A stretch of 64,000 nucleotides of DNA from Candidatus Jordarchaeales archaeon (lineage in GTDB: Archaea; Asgardarchaeota; Jordiarchaeia; Jordiarchaeales; Freyrarchaeaceae): NCBI GenBank assembly GCA_038889235.1, contig JAWAHN010000003.1, positions 193,673 through 257,672 on the forward strand. The letters run 5' to 3'. A program made the position numbers and the translations under genes. The notes beneath the pieces were generated by a model. It was not told the DNA's origin. It saw nothing but the letters and a program-made list of their open reading frames with translations, and ran no database searches. Shown here piece by piece: positions 10,114 to 20,223 of this stretch; the first letter of the stretch is position 1; every line of letters begins with the position of its first letter.

Positions 10114-11943
10114 TCACAGGGTGCTCATGAACTTGTCAAGCTGCTGCTCTGTGTCCTCTGACTTTATGAATATTGGCACGTTGGTCATCCCGGTAGCTAT
10201 GTAGCTTGACAGGAGCCATTCTCCAGGCCTAAACTCAAGCGTTCTTTCAAGGATTTCCCGGTCTATCATGAACGTGTTACTGATAAGCCCTCTATCGTAG
10301 GGTCTGGGAAGGGTTCCTATGAAGTACGTGTGGAGCTGTTGTAAAGCTGAAGTGTTGAGGTGGGCTATGCGCTGCGTTACAAGGCAGCCTCCGAGCCCGT
10401 ACTTCCTCCCCTGCCTCAGGAGTCTTTCAACCTCTTCCGAGCAGGCCTTCTCTATCCCTCTCGCCTTGTCAGGGGCTGGGGCGAATTCCTGCGCCTCATC
10501 CCAGACGAAGAGAATGTAAGGCTTAACGCTGAACTCTCTCTTCCTCCTGGATAAAGCATTCCTGATCGTGTTAATTGTCAGCTGCTTGATCGTCTCAGGG
10601 TCTCCTATTGAGAGGCATATGAGTCTGAGGTCACTGTCGAAGAGTTTCTCCACTATGGTTTTCGGGGCTATGCCTCCTGCAACTTCCTCCTCAACCTTCC
10701 TCTCCTTTATCTTTGAGTATATTGTTTTGAGCGAGGAGAGCCAGCCGTAAAGGTTGCTCCTCTCGTAGACCCCGTATGTAACCTTGAAGTATTCCACGTG
10801 TTCGTCTAAATGCCTCACGTACTCCTCGTCGACCTCGTCCTCCTCCACGAACCCCCTAGAAGTCATGTAGCTATCCGTGAACATCCTTATCTCAGCTATG
10901 GCATTCAAGTAGTTCGGCTTGTCGGCGTTTGAGCTCGCTAGGCTTTCCAGGGTTTGCAGGATATCTGCGAAGGTCGGTGTTTCCACGCTGCGCCTCACGA
11001 GGTGTGTGACCCGCCCCAACGAAAGTATTTTTCCAAGCCCCTTGAGGACGCGTGGGTCGTTTTCGTACTTTTTCGGCTTAACTATTGAGAGGTTGAACTC
11101 TTGGGGGGAGTCGACTTCACGCTCCAATACCACGAGCGACGGGATTGAGGGGTCTGCCAGGAGGTCCATTAGGAGGAACGGGTACTCGCATGAAATGTCG
11201 AAGATCACTATCTTGGTGTCCCGCGTGTGTCGCAGTATCTTCCTTATTAGGGTTGCGAGGAGGTTGCTTTTTCCGCCGCCGGTGAAAGCGAATATCCCGA
11301 AGTGATACCTGACAAGCGACTCGAAGTCAACATATATTGGAATCTCCTCGCCGGCGGACTCAAACATTTTCAGGCTGCCTATGTGCCCTCCCTCTCCTTG
11401 GATCTTGTCGATCACCCCTCGGTTGTACATGTTCTTTATCATCTCCCTGTTGAGGATGTAAACCTGTTCGCCTACCACCGGGTATGAGAAACCTCTAACG
11501 TACTCCGCTGACTCCCCTGAAACGACTAGGTCATAGTTTACGGGTATTGCTGAAATGTGTATGGCCATGGTTGCCTTGTCCTTTGTCTCCCAGTCTTGAA
11601 CCGTTTGCTCTATGACCTCGAACTGCATGGGGAAGTATTGGTGCTCCTTAACGCCTAGGAGGCCGAAGTGCTCCGGCCAGAAGCGGGAGAGCTCCATGAG
11701 CGTGTAGCGCTCCACTCCTCCCCCACTTTTAAAGTTCTTCACGGCGAGGAGCATTCCGACGTCTAGAAGCCTCAGCAGCTCCCTGTCGTACTCGACGAGC
11801 ACGGTGCAAGTGTACGGGGCGGAGGTGCCAAGCCGCTCGTCTGATGCGGCTTTAGTAGGCTCAACCTTGCTTAACCTTGCCCTAAAACGCCCGTCGAAAT
11901 CCGTGAAAAAGAGGCTTTTCCTGTCGTCCAGCCTATTCAACAC
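10114..11943 (-). CDS. HerA-like FtsK/HerA-superfamily ATPase (DUF87-type)
   Basis: 609 aa; Walker A FTGGGKSNLLATL, Walker B ILFVWDEAQEF, downstream LVTQR sensor/arginine motif. Confidence 0.65.
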   Translation of the reverse strand: MLNRLDDRKSLFFTDFDGRFRARLSKVEPTKAASDERLGTSAPYTCTVLVEYDRELLRLLDVGMLLAVKNFKSGGGVERYTLMELSRFWPEHFGLLGVKEHQYFPMQFEVIEQTVQDWETKDKATMAIHISAIPVNYDLVVSGESAEYVRGFSYPVVGEQVYILNREMIKNMYNRGVIDKIQGEGGHIGSLKMFESAGEEIPIYVDFESLVRYHFGIFAFTGGGKSNLLATLIRKILRHTRDTKIVIFDISCEYPFLLMDLLADPSIPSLVVLEREVDSPQEFNLSIVKPKKYENDPRVLKGLGKILSLGRVTHLVRRSVETPTFADILQTLESLASSNADKPNYLNAIAEIRMFTDSYMTSRGFVEEDEVDEEYVRHLDEHVEYFKVTYGVYERSNLYGWLSSLKTIYSKIKERKVEEEVAGGIAPKTIVEKLFDSDLRLICLSIGDPETIKQLTINTIRNALSRRKREFSVKPYILFVWDEAQEFAPAPDKARGIEKACSEEVERLLRQGRKYGLGGCLVTQRIAHLNTSALQQLHTYFIGTLPRPYDRGLISNTFMIDREILERTLEFRPGEWLLSSYIATGMTNVPIFIKSEDTEQQLDKFMSTL

Positions 11944-12098
11944 TCACACCCAACTAGAACTTGAAAGGAGAGAGATAAAAACTTAAAGTAGATTCTCTTA
12001 GGAAACGTGAGCCCACCGCTCGTGTTATGCGCGTTAAGCTGCACAGGTTTCTCGGGCGCCAAGTGTGATAAACGGCGGTCGTCAACCGCCTAGACACG

Positions 12099-14018
12099 TT
12101 ATTTCGTCCTCCTAGCCTGCTCAAACTCTGCCCTCTTCTCCCTGAAAGTGGACATGTAGAACATGAACCTTCTAACATCCTTGTTATTGGCAACCCAGTT
12201 TTTCATGGAGTCTATTACGCGCTTGAAGAGGCCGTAGTGCCACTTGGCCACTTTGTCCGCTATGAAAAGCGGCTTGTTGTGGCCGAAAGCCTCCGGAATG
12301 GACATGGTGCTCATTGAGGCTAGTACGCAGAGGAGCATGTTTTGAATGAGGTTTTCTACGTGTCTATCCCTGTACACTATGACTTCCAGCGGCTCCTCGT
12401 ACCCGCTGTAAACGTTGACTAGTGGCAGTGTAGTCTCGCCTTTCAGGTCGAACTCCGGGTAGGCCAGCCTGTCTATTAGGAGGACGTTGCTCCTCAGGAG
12501 GGGGTCGTGTTTGCCCTCAGCGAGCTGAACGTAGGACCTTAGGAATAGGCGTTCTATGGCTGTCTTGTTCCTCCTGGCTCCGAGGACGAAACCTGCCCCC
12601 CTGTTTCTGTCGGGGATTATCGTCGGGAAGACTGAGTCGTACTCTATGAGGGACCACGGGGGGCGGACATCCTCCCAGAACGCCACCGAGAAAGATTGGA
12701 GGAGCATGCGGTCCGTGTTTGGAAGCGCTGAGAGGACCTCTTGCGGCGGTACCTCCTTGAACACCCGAACGTTTCCACAAATTGGGATCACGTGGTTCTT
12801 GAAGTCTCTGGCGTAAGTGTCCTTGCTTATCCCTACCAGGAGCTTCCTGTTCCTCCAGCATTCCTCCATCACCATGTGCTGGGCGAAGAGAGTGAGGAAG
12901 GCTAGGTCTAGCGTTGTCAATATGCGCCGCTCGCCGCCAACGTTAATCCACATTTTGTTCTCGTCCACGGTTCCAGCGTCTTCAATGAAGAGTCGCTCCC
13001 CGATAAATTCCACGACCTTCCTAACTCTGCTCCACGAGTCCCTGTATCTCTCAGCCAGGTGGTACCTACCTTTCTTCTCGACGAGCACGCCCTTCGCGGT
13101 GAGAGTTTTAAGGTGGCGTTTAACCCTCTCCTTCCTCCCCCCCTTAACGCCGAGCATTTCACATATCTGGTTTGGTGTTAGGGGTGTTTCAGAGCGCTCG
13201 AGGAGGAATACTATGCTCGACTTCAAGTAGTCCCCCCTAGGTGGAGGGAGGTTGAGCCCCGTGTTGACGACGCGGTGCCTTGCAAGCATAAGGTCTTCTT
13301 CGTCGATCGGGGTTCCGTCGACTTCAAAGCCGAGTATGGCGCACATCTTCCAGAGCCTTCTCCTAGAAGTGTCATACATGATGGAAGAGTGGGTGTTAGA
13401 GAGGGAGCGGTCCATGAGAATTATCTTCGTGTCGGGGTTCTTGTTGGAGGCAAAGAAGTATGCTAGGTAGAACTCAGCAAAGGTCATAATCCAGTTGGCT
13501 ATGCGCGAGTTGTTTACGACGTCCTCATCCGCTAGGGGTCTCGAGAGACCGCCCTCCTCTGTGAAAAACGTTTGGTCGACCTCGACGACCTGGTTCAGGA
13601 AGAGGGGGACACAGCTTGAGACACCGCAACCTTCGCGCATTATATGGTCATCGTAGCTCACGCTTGGAGGCTTGTCGTCGTGGAATTCCACGGTTCCAGT
13701 TGAGGCGTAAGCTCCACCGAAGAAGAGGACCATGTCGAAGAAGATCTGGGAGTACTCTGTTCCATCTATTGCGGCGAAGCGAACTTTGTCAGACCCAAAG
13801 AAGGCGCATGCAGTTTCACGCGCCCGCGCAAAATCCAGCTTAGAGCAGATGAGGTTTGAGAGGAGGGCGTAGAGCTCGGATGCCACACTAAGCCTTTCAG
13901 AGTACTCCTCGACTTGACTAAGGATACCTGACTTCAAAATCCTGCTAACCCTGCCAAGCTGCTCGCTCAGAAAAGACGCACACAATAAAACCACCGCCAG
14001 GTGAGGGAGGCACTTCAC
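12099..14018 (-). CDS. NurA-like nuclease with inserted winged-helix segment and long C-terminal extension
   Basis: 639 aa; NurA motif I AAIDGTEY, second acidic motif ILMDRSLS; wHTH-like TPNQICEMLGV...RVKRHLKTLTAKGVLVEKKGRYHL around aa 280-330. Confidence 0.5.
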   Translation of the reverse strand: MKCLPHLAVVLLCASFLSEQLGRVSRILKSGILSQVEEYSERLSVASELYALLSNLICSKLDFARARETACAFFGSDKVRFAAIDGTEYSQIFFDMVLFFGGAYASTGTVEFHDDKPPSVSYDDHIMREGCGVSSCVPLFLNQVVEVDQTFFTEEGGLSRPLADEDVVNNSRIANWIMTFAEFYLAYFFASNKNPDTKIILMDRSLSNTHSSIMYDTSRRRLWKMCAILGFEVDGTPIDEEDLMLARHRVVNTGLNLPPPRGDYLKSSIVFLLERSETPLTPNQICEMLGVKGGRKERVKRHLKTLTAKGVLVEKKGRYHLAERYRDSWSRVRKVVEFIGERLFIEDAGTVDENKMWINVGGERRILTTLDLAFLTLFAQHMVMEECWRNRKLLVGISKDTYARDFKNHVIPICGNVRVFKEVPPQEVLSALPNTDRMLLQSFSVAFWEDVRPPWSLIEYDSVFPTIIPDRNRGAGFVLGARRNKTAIERLFLRSYVQLAEGKHDPLLRSNVLLIDRLAYPEFDLKGETTLPLVNVYSGYEEPLEVIVYRDRHVENLIQNMLLCVLASMSTMSIPEAFGHNKPLFIADKVAKWHYGLFKRVIDSMKNWVANNKDVRRFMFYMSTFREKRAEFEQARRTK

Positions 14019-14433
14019 TTTTAAAAGTAAGAGGATGATGCAATTTAAAGCCCTCGCACAAAAATCCGATATGCTTCCAGAAAAAAGATTGAAGATACAC
14101 GCCTTTAATGTTCGGCACGAAGCTTCCAGCAGAAAAGCGCCCTAGGACACCCACTTGCTTAAATCAACTCCTTTTTTACGCACGCTTGCAACGAGAGGAG
14201 GCCTTCACATTCAACAACCACCTAGCAGGATCCTCCTTTCGACAGCCCACTACACCGCCTTCTTAAAATTAAGGATGCAGGTGCTCAGCCTAACGCATAC
14301 AAGAAAGACTTTGCCCCCCTCCAGCGCACGGAAACCTCTCACTTGGTTTCCCTTCCTCCGGCAAAAGCCGACGATCCCTGAAAGGGTTTCACCCTTTTGA
14401 AGTTAGGTGTAAAGCATGGATGAAAAAAGGAAG

Positions 14434-15264
14434 TTAGTTTATCTGGTAGTGTTCGTGTCTCCAGAAGGAGAGGAGCCTTGAAGTCTGAGCCTTCTTGAGC
14501 TTTTCAGGCCTCTTGACCATCACAGTAGCATTGTTCGGGCAGTTTAGGGCGCACGCCCCGCAGCCGTAGCACGCCAACTGGTCAACCTCGATTTTTCCGT
14601 CCCTTAGACGTCTCGCGTCGAACTGGCAGATTTTAATGCACTCCCCGCACCCCTCGCACTTCTCCTTGTCGACGTAGGCAAGGTAGTCTCCGGGGTCGAA
14701 GACGTGTACTCCAGCTATCCTCTGGGCTAGTATCGGTATGCATGAGTGCCTGCAGCAGTTGCATATGACGAAGGAGGTAAATGAACCCCCAGCAATGCAG
14801 AAGGCGTAGATCATCGGAACCAGACCCTGCTTGTTGAAGTTCCTTATGAGCTCCTTAGCCTTTTCCTTGTCAATCAGCTCGTAGTCCTCCTTGAAGAAGC
14901 CTTTGTATATTGCGGCGCCTGTCTTTATTGTGATGTCGCTCTTCATGGAGCAGTCACAAGCCCTTGTTCCAAGCCTACACCTGCAGCTTCCAACAGCAAT
15001 CAGCAAGTTGCTATCTATACTATCTAAGTAGCTTGCGAGCTCCTCGCCCGTCATAACCTTTCCATGCTGGCCTAAGCCTAGCATCAACGCCACGTTGAGG
15101 TACACTAGGGGGGAAAACAGCAGTCTGCCTATCCTGCTCCTGTAGGGTCCACGCAGGATGAAGTAGTTTAACTTCACATAGGGTATCTCGAAGCGAGCGT
15201 AGACCATGAGCGCCATTTTCCTTAGAAGGCTCCTCTCGTCGGGCTTAAAGTGAAATAGACCCAA
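14434..15264 (-). CDS. 4Fe-4S dicluster domain protein
   Basis: 276 aa; CNCCRHSC and two CxxCxxCxxxC motifs; paralogue of 36262..37377. Confidence 0.5.
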   Translation of the reverse strand: MGLFHFKPDERSLLRKMALMVYARFEIPYVKLNYFILRGPYRSRIGRLLFSPLVYLNVALMLGLGQHGKVMTGEELASYLDSIDSNLLIAVGSCRCRLGTRACDCSMKSDITIKTGAAIYKGFFKEDYELIDKEKAKELIRNFNKQGLVPMIYAFCIAGGSFTSFVICNCCRHSCIPILAQRIAGVHVFDPGDYLAYVDKEKCEGCGECIKICQFDARRLRDGKIEVDQLACYGCGACALNCPNNATVMVKRPEKLKKAQTSRLLSFWRHEHYQIN

Positions 15265-15774
15265 AACATCGCCTCCATCTATTCAGAAGACAGGCTTTCA
15301 ACGAACCTTCTCTCCGTTCGGAACAATTAAACCTACAAACGTCAGGATTAAAAGGTTTTCACATTCAACAAGCAACAGGTTCACAGGCTTCGGAGCAGGG
15401 TTGACAGCCGCCTTAAGAGAGAAATGAGAGCGACTGGCTCGCACGATAATTCAAGACGCCTTCCGCATGTTTTGTAACGGGCCCGTAGAAAGAGACATCA
15501 TTCTGATGGTTCTCCAGATAAACCGCTGGCAGAACAAGAATAGACAGATGTACGAGAAAGATAGCACTAATGTTAGGATCAACATGACACTATCCTCTTG
15601 GAAGTTCTGGTAAAACGAGAGGTATATGAGCAAAAGCAGCCAAAACCTTAATAAATGAGGTTTATGCCTTTGGGATAGAGTGATAAATAATTAATCTGTA
15701 AGAGATGGCTTGTGGAGTGGTTGAGGGAAGTTTAGTTATGGGGGGTTGAGTATACGTCTGCTAAAGAGATAGAT

Positions 15775-16077
15775 TTGGAGGCTAGTACTTCAATAATCAT
15801 GATAGCTTCTAAGTATATTATCGCGAGTGTTATCACGGTTGCTGTTGGGTCGGTGAGCATTGTTTATGGAGTTCTCACCTACATCGTTTATGGCACTTAT
15901 GCTTCCAGTGTAGCGATGTTTATGGGGTTCTTCATTGGCCTGGCGCTGATTCTAATAGGGGTGTTCTTGACGTTTTGGGGCTTATATTGGATGCGAAGCG
16001 AAGGGAGAAGGCTGAGAGAGAAACTCGGAAGGGAACCTCAAAAAGCAAAGGAGGAGAAGAAGGTTGAAGGAAAGTAA
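15775..16077 (+). CDS. small membrane protein (two-TM hairpin)
   Basis: 100 aa; TM1 with SIVYGVLTY, TM2 FIGLALILIGVFLTFWGLYW, basic C-tail. Confidence 0.4.
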   Translation: MEASTSIIMIASKYIIASVITVAVGSVSIVYGVLTYIVYGTYASSVAMFMGFFIGLALILIGVFLTFWGLYWMRSEGRRLREKLGREPQKAKEEKKVEGK

Positions 16078-16474
16078 AGAAGGAGGAAAGAGCACTATTC
16101 AGAGAAAGACGAGGCACCCTACACCCAGATGGGAGGACATCACGGAGCAAGTCTATAGCAGGATCAACTGGTATGCCACGCGCTTCATAATTTTCTCCGT
16201 TGTCGGCATGGTGGTTGGGGTTATAGGCATAGTTTATGGAGTATTAGCCTACTATTTTCTCGTGAATCCACTCACGACAATCAACCCTGTCACGGTCGCC
16301 ATTTATTACGAGATAAATCCCGCAATGCTCTTCACTCTAAAAACGTCAGGGCTTCAAGAAATCTCAGTGTTTCTAGGCGTTTTCATAGGCATCGGCTCCA
16401 TAGTTGCCTCCCTTGTATTGCTGGCGTGGGGAATATTCTGGAGAAGGAAGGTGGACGCGCGCAGCATATTCTAA
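16064..16474 (+). CDS. small membrane protein, paralogue of 15775..16077
   Basis: 136 aa; shares the IVYGVLAY and FIGIGSIVASLVLLAWGIFW topology; overlaps the upstream gene by 14 nt. Confidence 0.4.
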   Translation: MKESKEGGKSTIQRKTRHPTPRWEDITEQVYSRINWYATRFIIFSVVGMVVGVIGIVYGVLAYYFLVNPLTTINPVTVAIYYEINPAMLFTLKTSGLQEISVFLGVFIGIGSIVASLVLLAWGIFWRRKVDARSIF

Positions 16475-17440
16475 AGATCCAACGCGACCGGCATCTAGTA
16501 ACTAAGCTTGAGTACTCCTACAGGTAATCTATTCTCACGGTGAAGTATACGGAGAGCGAATTGAGCTGATTGCATGCAATGTAGTTGCTGGAATCATGCC
16601 TTAGGGAACACTGCGTAGCAGAGACTTCACCGTACTGATTTGATGAACGGGAGTTGGTTTCATATAACTAAGTTTTTAAGTGTGTGAGAATTGGGTTTGG
16701 AACTGTCGCCGAGTGAGTTTGTTCAAAATTGATGACTGAAAGATATGAGGAGGGTTAGGGTGCCAAGAAGGAAAACAGCTAAGAGAGCTAGGGCAGCGAG
16801 AAGGGCGAGGAGACATATTCTTCTTGGAGCATTCCTACTGATCGTTCCCCATTCGTTCCAAACATATACTTCGCCTTTACGAGTAGAGGTGACTTCCCTC
16901 GCTTAGCGGCAGAATAGACTTCTGGTTGACCAGCTCGATTGTTGGGGTCATAGTTCTGATAATAGGAGTCATTGTTCTCGTAGGATACCTCGTATCCGAC
17001 CGGGATGCTTCACTAGTTCTCGTTGTACTCGGAGGAGTAATAGGATAATAGGATTAGCTTGAGTATCTTATGACTTTTATCGATGCTACCGGGATTGCCC
17101 TTCAGGCCAGCAGCGGCGTTCCCAGATGGGCTCTTAGCCATATTTGGAGTACTAGTGAGATAGTCTTTCCATTTCTTTTTCTCTTTAAGAGAAATTTCCA
17201 ACCTTAGTGTTGAAAGCAGACAGCAACTGCAAGTAAAATTGGCGCCTCTTACAGATTGCACTTCACTGCATAGTTTTCCATGTAGTCTATTAATAAGTAT
17301 ATTATTTTAATAAGATTTATTAGGTTCAATTTTTCAGTACTATTACCAAGAAGGGAGCGCCCGCCTTTGAGCGCCCTCAAGTAGCTGGTGGGGGAACAAA
17401 TGCTAATAATTTTTCCTCGCCAGCTTCAAGCTTAACAAAT

Positions 17441-17923
17441 GTGAATGAGTCCCTCCTGAGGAGGGCTGCTTTAAGGCGGTTGCTTCCGCCACGAGAAAGA
17501 GAGAAAAATGGAGAAGGGATGGCTTTGAAGGTTGTAGTACAGTCCTGCTGCGGACCAGAGAAAGTGTACGGACTAGTTGCAAGGATGGCTGCACGGCTTC
17601 TGGCGGAGCAACTCAGGCCCGACAAAGTGCTTTTCGTTTGCCTCCCCAGGTTGGCGCATGGAGACGAAGAAACTAAGAAACTGGTTGAGGAAAACCCCTG
17701 CATAACCATCGATGGATGTGTAAACAGGTGCGCTAAAAACATCGTCGAACAGGCTGGAGGAAAACCTATGGTGAGCATAACCGTCGTCGACGTGCTTAAA
17801 GAGAACAGACATCTAATGCCTAGGGCTCAGCAGCTTATGAAGCTAGACGAAAAAGGAGTGAAACTCGCCGAAAAAGTGGCAGAAAGGCTAGCTGTCGAAG
17901 TAGACTACTTGCTGGGGGAGTAG
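17441..17923 (+). CDS. DGC-domain (putative Zn-binding) protein
   Basis: CCGPEK...IDGCVNRC Cys pattern with DGC motif. Confidence 0.45.
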   Translation: MNESLLRRAALRRLLPPREREKNGEGMALKVVVQSCCGPEKVYGLVARMAARLLAEQLRPDKVLFVCLPRLAHGDEETKKLVEENPCITIDGCVNRCAKNIVEQAGGKPMVSITVVDVLKENRHLMPRAQQLMKLDEKGVKLAEKVAERLAVEVDYLLGE

Positions 17924-17925
17924 CT

Positions 17926-18360
17926 ATGAGCTGGGAAGCGGTAATAGCTAAAGGTGTAGGAGTCCTCCCCTGTGTCGGGGATATCCCCGAAGGCGAAGTG
18001 ACCCGGATAGCGGCGAGGATCGCAGCGGACGATCTGTGTAAGGGAAAGGCGACTGTCCTCTCGCTTCCATTGATCCTCTGCGGTAACAAAGAGGAGACGG
18101 CTTTTATCGAAAGCTCACCCGTAATAGTTGTCGACGGCTGTGAAAGAAAGTGTGGTCAATGTGCCATTAAGAAACTCGGATACTTGGCTGATGAAACGCT
18201 GGTCGTTACGGACATCGCTAAAAGCGAGAAGATAGAGCATCTAACACCGGAAATGATAGATGAACTTTCATACAAAGTGGCAGTAAGAATAGCCGAGAAG
18301 ATCAACAAGATTCTAAGGAAGATAGCCGAAGACAGGAAAATAAGGCCCATGGAGTTGTAA
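17926..18360 (+). CDS. DGC-domain (putative Zn-binding) protein, tandem paralogue
   Basis: VVDGCERKCGQC motif; 2-nt gap to the upstream paralogue. Confidence 0.45.
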   Translation: MSWEAVIAKGVGVLPCVGDIPEGEVTRIAARIAADDLCKGKATVLSLPLILCGNKEETAFIESSPVIVVDGCERKCGQCAIKKLGYLADETLVVTDIAKSEKIEHLTPEMIDELSYKVAVRIAEKINKILRKIAEDRKIRPMEL

Positions 18361-18604
18361 CGCTAACCTAACCCTTCACCAAAGTAATCTAACATTAGTG
18401 AAACCCGACTGGCATCCCTTCATCTCACTTTTTATCGCTTTTAACGTTCCCTAAAACTTGGGACAGCTCGGGTTCCTGCTTCTTCTAGAAAAATTAAAGT
18501 AAAATGAAGAAAGATTGTGAAAAAAGTGATCTTTACTCGAAAACTTTTTATCTATCTTTTCTGAAGCCTCCTCCCTAGGAGGCTTTCTAGGGGAAGGGAG
18601 GCTT

Positions 18605-20011
18605 TTGTCTTCTGATATGGTTTCCCTTCCAGAAGAGATTGTTGAAGCTCTTAGCCGTAGAGGGGGGTTCAGCCTTCTAGTTAAGGGTGATCCAGGATCC
18701 GGGAAAACTATTTTCGCGTTAAGTGTTTGCAATGCTTTCAGCAAATCCTATGAATGCTTCTACGTGACTTCAAGGTCCACGGCTGACGAAATCAAAAGGT
18801 ATTACCCAATAGTGGAGAAGTTTTTTGACGAGAGGAGAGTTATAGATGCGACGGAAAGTAAAGCTGAAGTCAAGCTTGAAACCGCCATTTCGCTGAGAAT
18901 GTATGACAAACCCTCGTTTCTTCAAAGACTTTACTCCATAATTCACTCCACAATTGGAGCCGAAAAGAGAGCACCACTAGTAGTCGTAGACAGTTTGGAA
19001 GCATTAAAGGAGAGCATGAAGCTTGCTAGGGACGACTCAAGCCTCGAGGACGCATTAATAGACATAGCTAGAGAAACTGAGGGGAAAATTCTTTTCGTTT
19101 CGGAGAGCGCGGAGAAATCGTTCTTAGATTACTTGGTCGACGGGATTGTAACTCTCAGAAAGGAGGAAGATAACGGTCACTTGTTAAGGTTTATCAAAAT
19201 AGAGAAGCTGCGCGGCATCAAAGTAGTGCGGCCTACCTATTTGTTCACTCTTGAGGGAGGAATATTCAACGCTACACGCTTTGAAGCATTCTCTATGACG
19301 CAAAAAATCATTCAAAGCAACGAAAAATTTGAACTAATATACCGTGAGCCAACCATTAAAGGGCGTGTTTCGACAGGAATAAGGCAACTCGATGAGCTAA
19401 TTGGAGGATACATTAAAGGAAGCCTCAACCTCATAGAAGTAGCAAAAGGGGTTGGAGAATTTTACGACTACTTTTACCTGCCAACAGTGATAAACCACGT
19501 TATCAGTGGAGGAAAAGTGGTTATAATTCCTCCAGGAGGGCTCTCCGCGTCTTTCATAAGGCACGTCTTAACGAGGATTCTACCTGAAGCCAGCGTTAGG
19601 AACAACATCACCATAGTAAAGTACATGTACGGGGAAGAGAGCGATACGACTATGCTTAAAGGAAAGAACCTTCTTGAGGACGCCGAATTCTTCTTTAGAC
19701 AGCTCGGGGAAGAAGGGCTTATCGTGTTTGGAATGGACACGCTTCAACACGTATACGGACTAGACGAGCTAAAGAGATCCCTTGGACGACTGGTAGCCAG
19801 GATTAAGCACGACAAAATAGTTGCAGTTGGAATAGTTAAGTACGGGCAAGAGATCATAGACCTGCTTAACCACCTAGCCGATACACACCTAATGGTCAAG
19901 AATGTTAACGGAAACATAATTGCCTACGGCATCATACCGTGCACACCAGCCTTATACCCCCACCTTGCAAAAGGAAGAATCTTGGAGGTAAATCTAACAG
20001 CCATAATATGA
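18605..20011 (+). CDS. KaiC-like RecA-superfamily ATPase (C-terminal domain degenerate)
   Basis: 468 aa; first domain Walker A GDPGSGKT; second RecA-like domain lacks a P-loop. Confidence 0.6.
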   Translation: MSSDMVSLPEEIVEALSRRGGFSLLVKGDPGSGKTIFALSVCNAFSKSYECFYVTSRSTADEIKRYYPIVEKFFDERRVIDATESKAEVKLETAISLRMYDKPSFLQRLYSIIHSTIGAEKRAPLVVVDSLEALKESMKLARDDSSLEDALIDIARETEGKILFVSESAEKSFLDYLVDGIVTLRKEEDNGHLLRFIKIEKLRGIKVVRPTYLFTLEGGIFNATRFEAFSMTQKIIQSNEKFELIYREPTIKGRVSTGIRQLDELIGGYIKGSLNLIEVAKGVGEFYDYFYLPTVINHVISGGKVVIIPPGGLSASFIRHVLTRILPEASVRNNITIVKYMYGEESDTTMLKGKNLLEDAEFFFRQLGEEGLIVFGMDTLQHVYGLDELKRSLGRLVARIKHDKIVAVGIVKYGQEIIDLLNHLADTHLMVKNVNGNIIAYGIIPCTPALYPHLAKGRILEVNLTAII

Positions 20012-20223
20012 AAATTTCGCAACCAAGAGCGACTTGCAATCGAAACAACAGTTCAAGTGCACGTCTCCCCCAGCAACATGAAATTAAAGCTGCTGAAAGA
20101 CTATCATGCAAAAGTGCACCACGTTGACGCTTCAAAGGAGGAGCACAACCTCCTTTTTCTTTCCCTCAATTCTTTATTCTCTATTAACTTTTTTAATATA
20201 AAGTATAAGGTATATATATTGAA

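Noticed and set aside
12517-13470. ORFs 12517..12861(-), 12817..13230(+), 12917..13162(-), 13252..13470(+) overlapping the NurA-like gene
   Set aside because: They are alternative-frame or antisense ORFs with proline/arginine-rich low-complexity translations, consistent with GC-rich shadow frames.
16621-16745. Possible C/D-box sRNA (UGAUGA and CUGA elements near 16639 and 16727-16738)
   Set aside because: Box-like hexamers occur, but spacing and guide arrangement could not be verified by eye. This needs snoscan-type analysis, so it is not reported as a feature.
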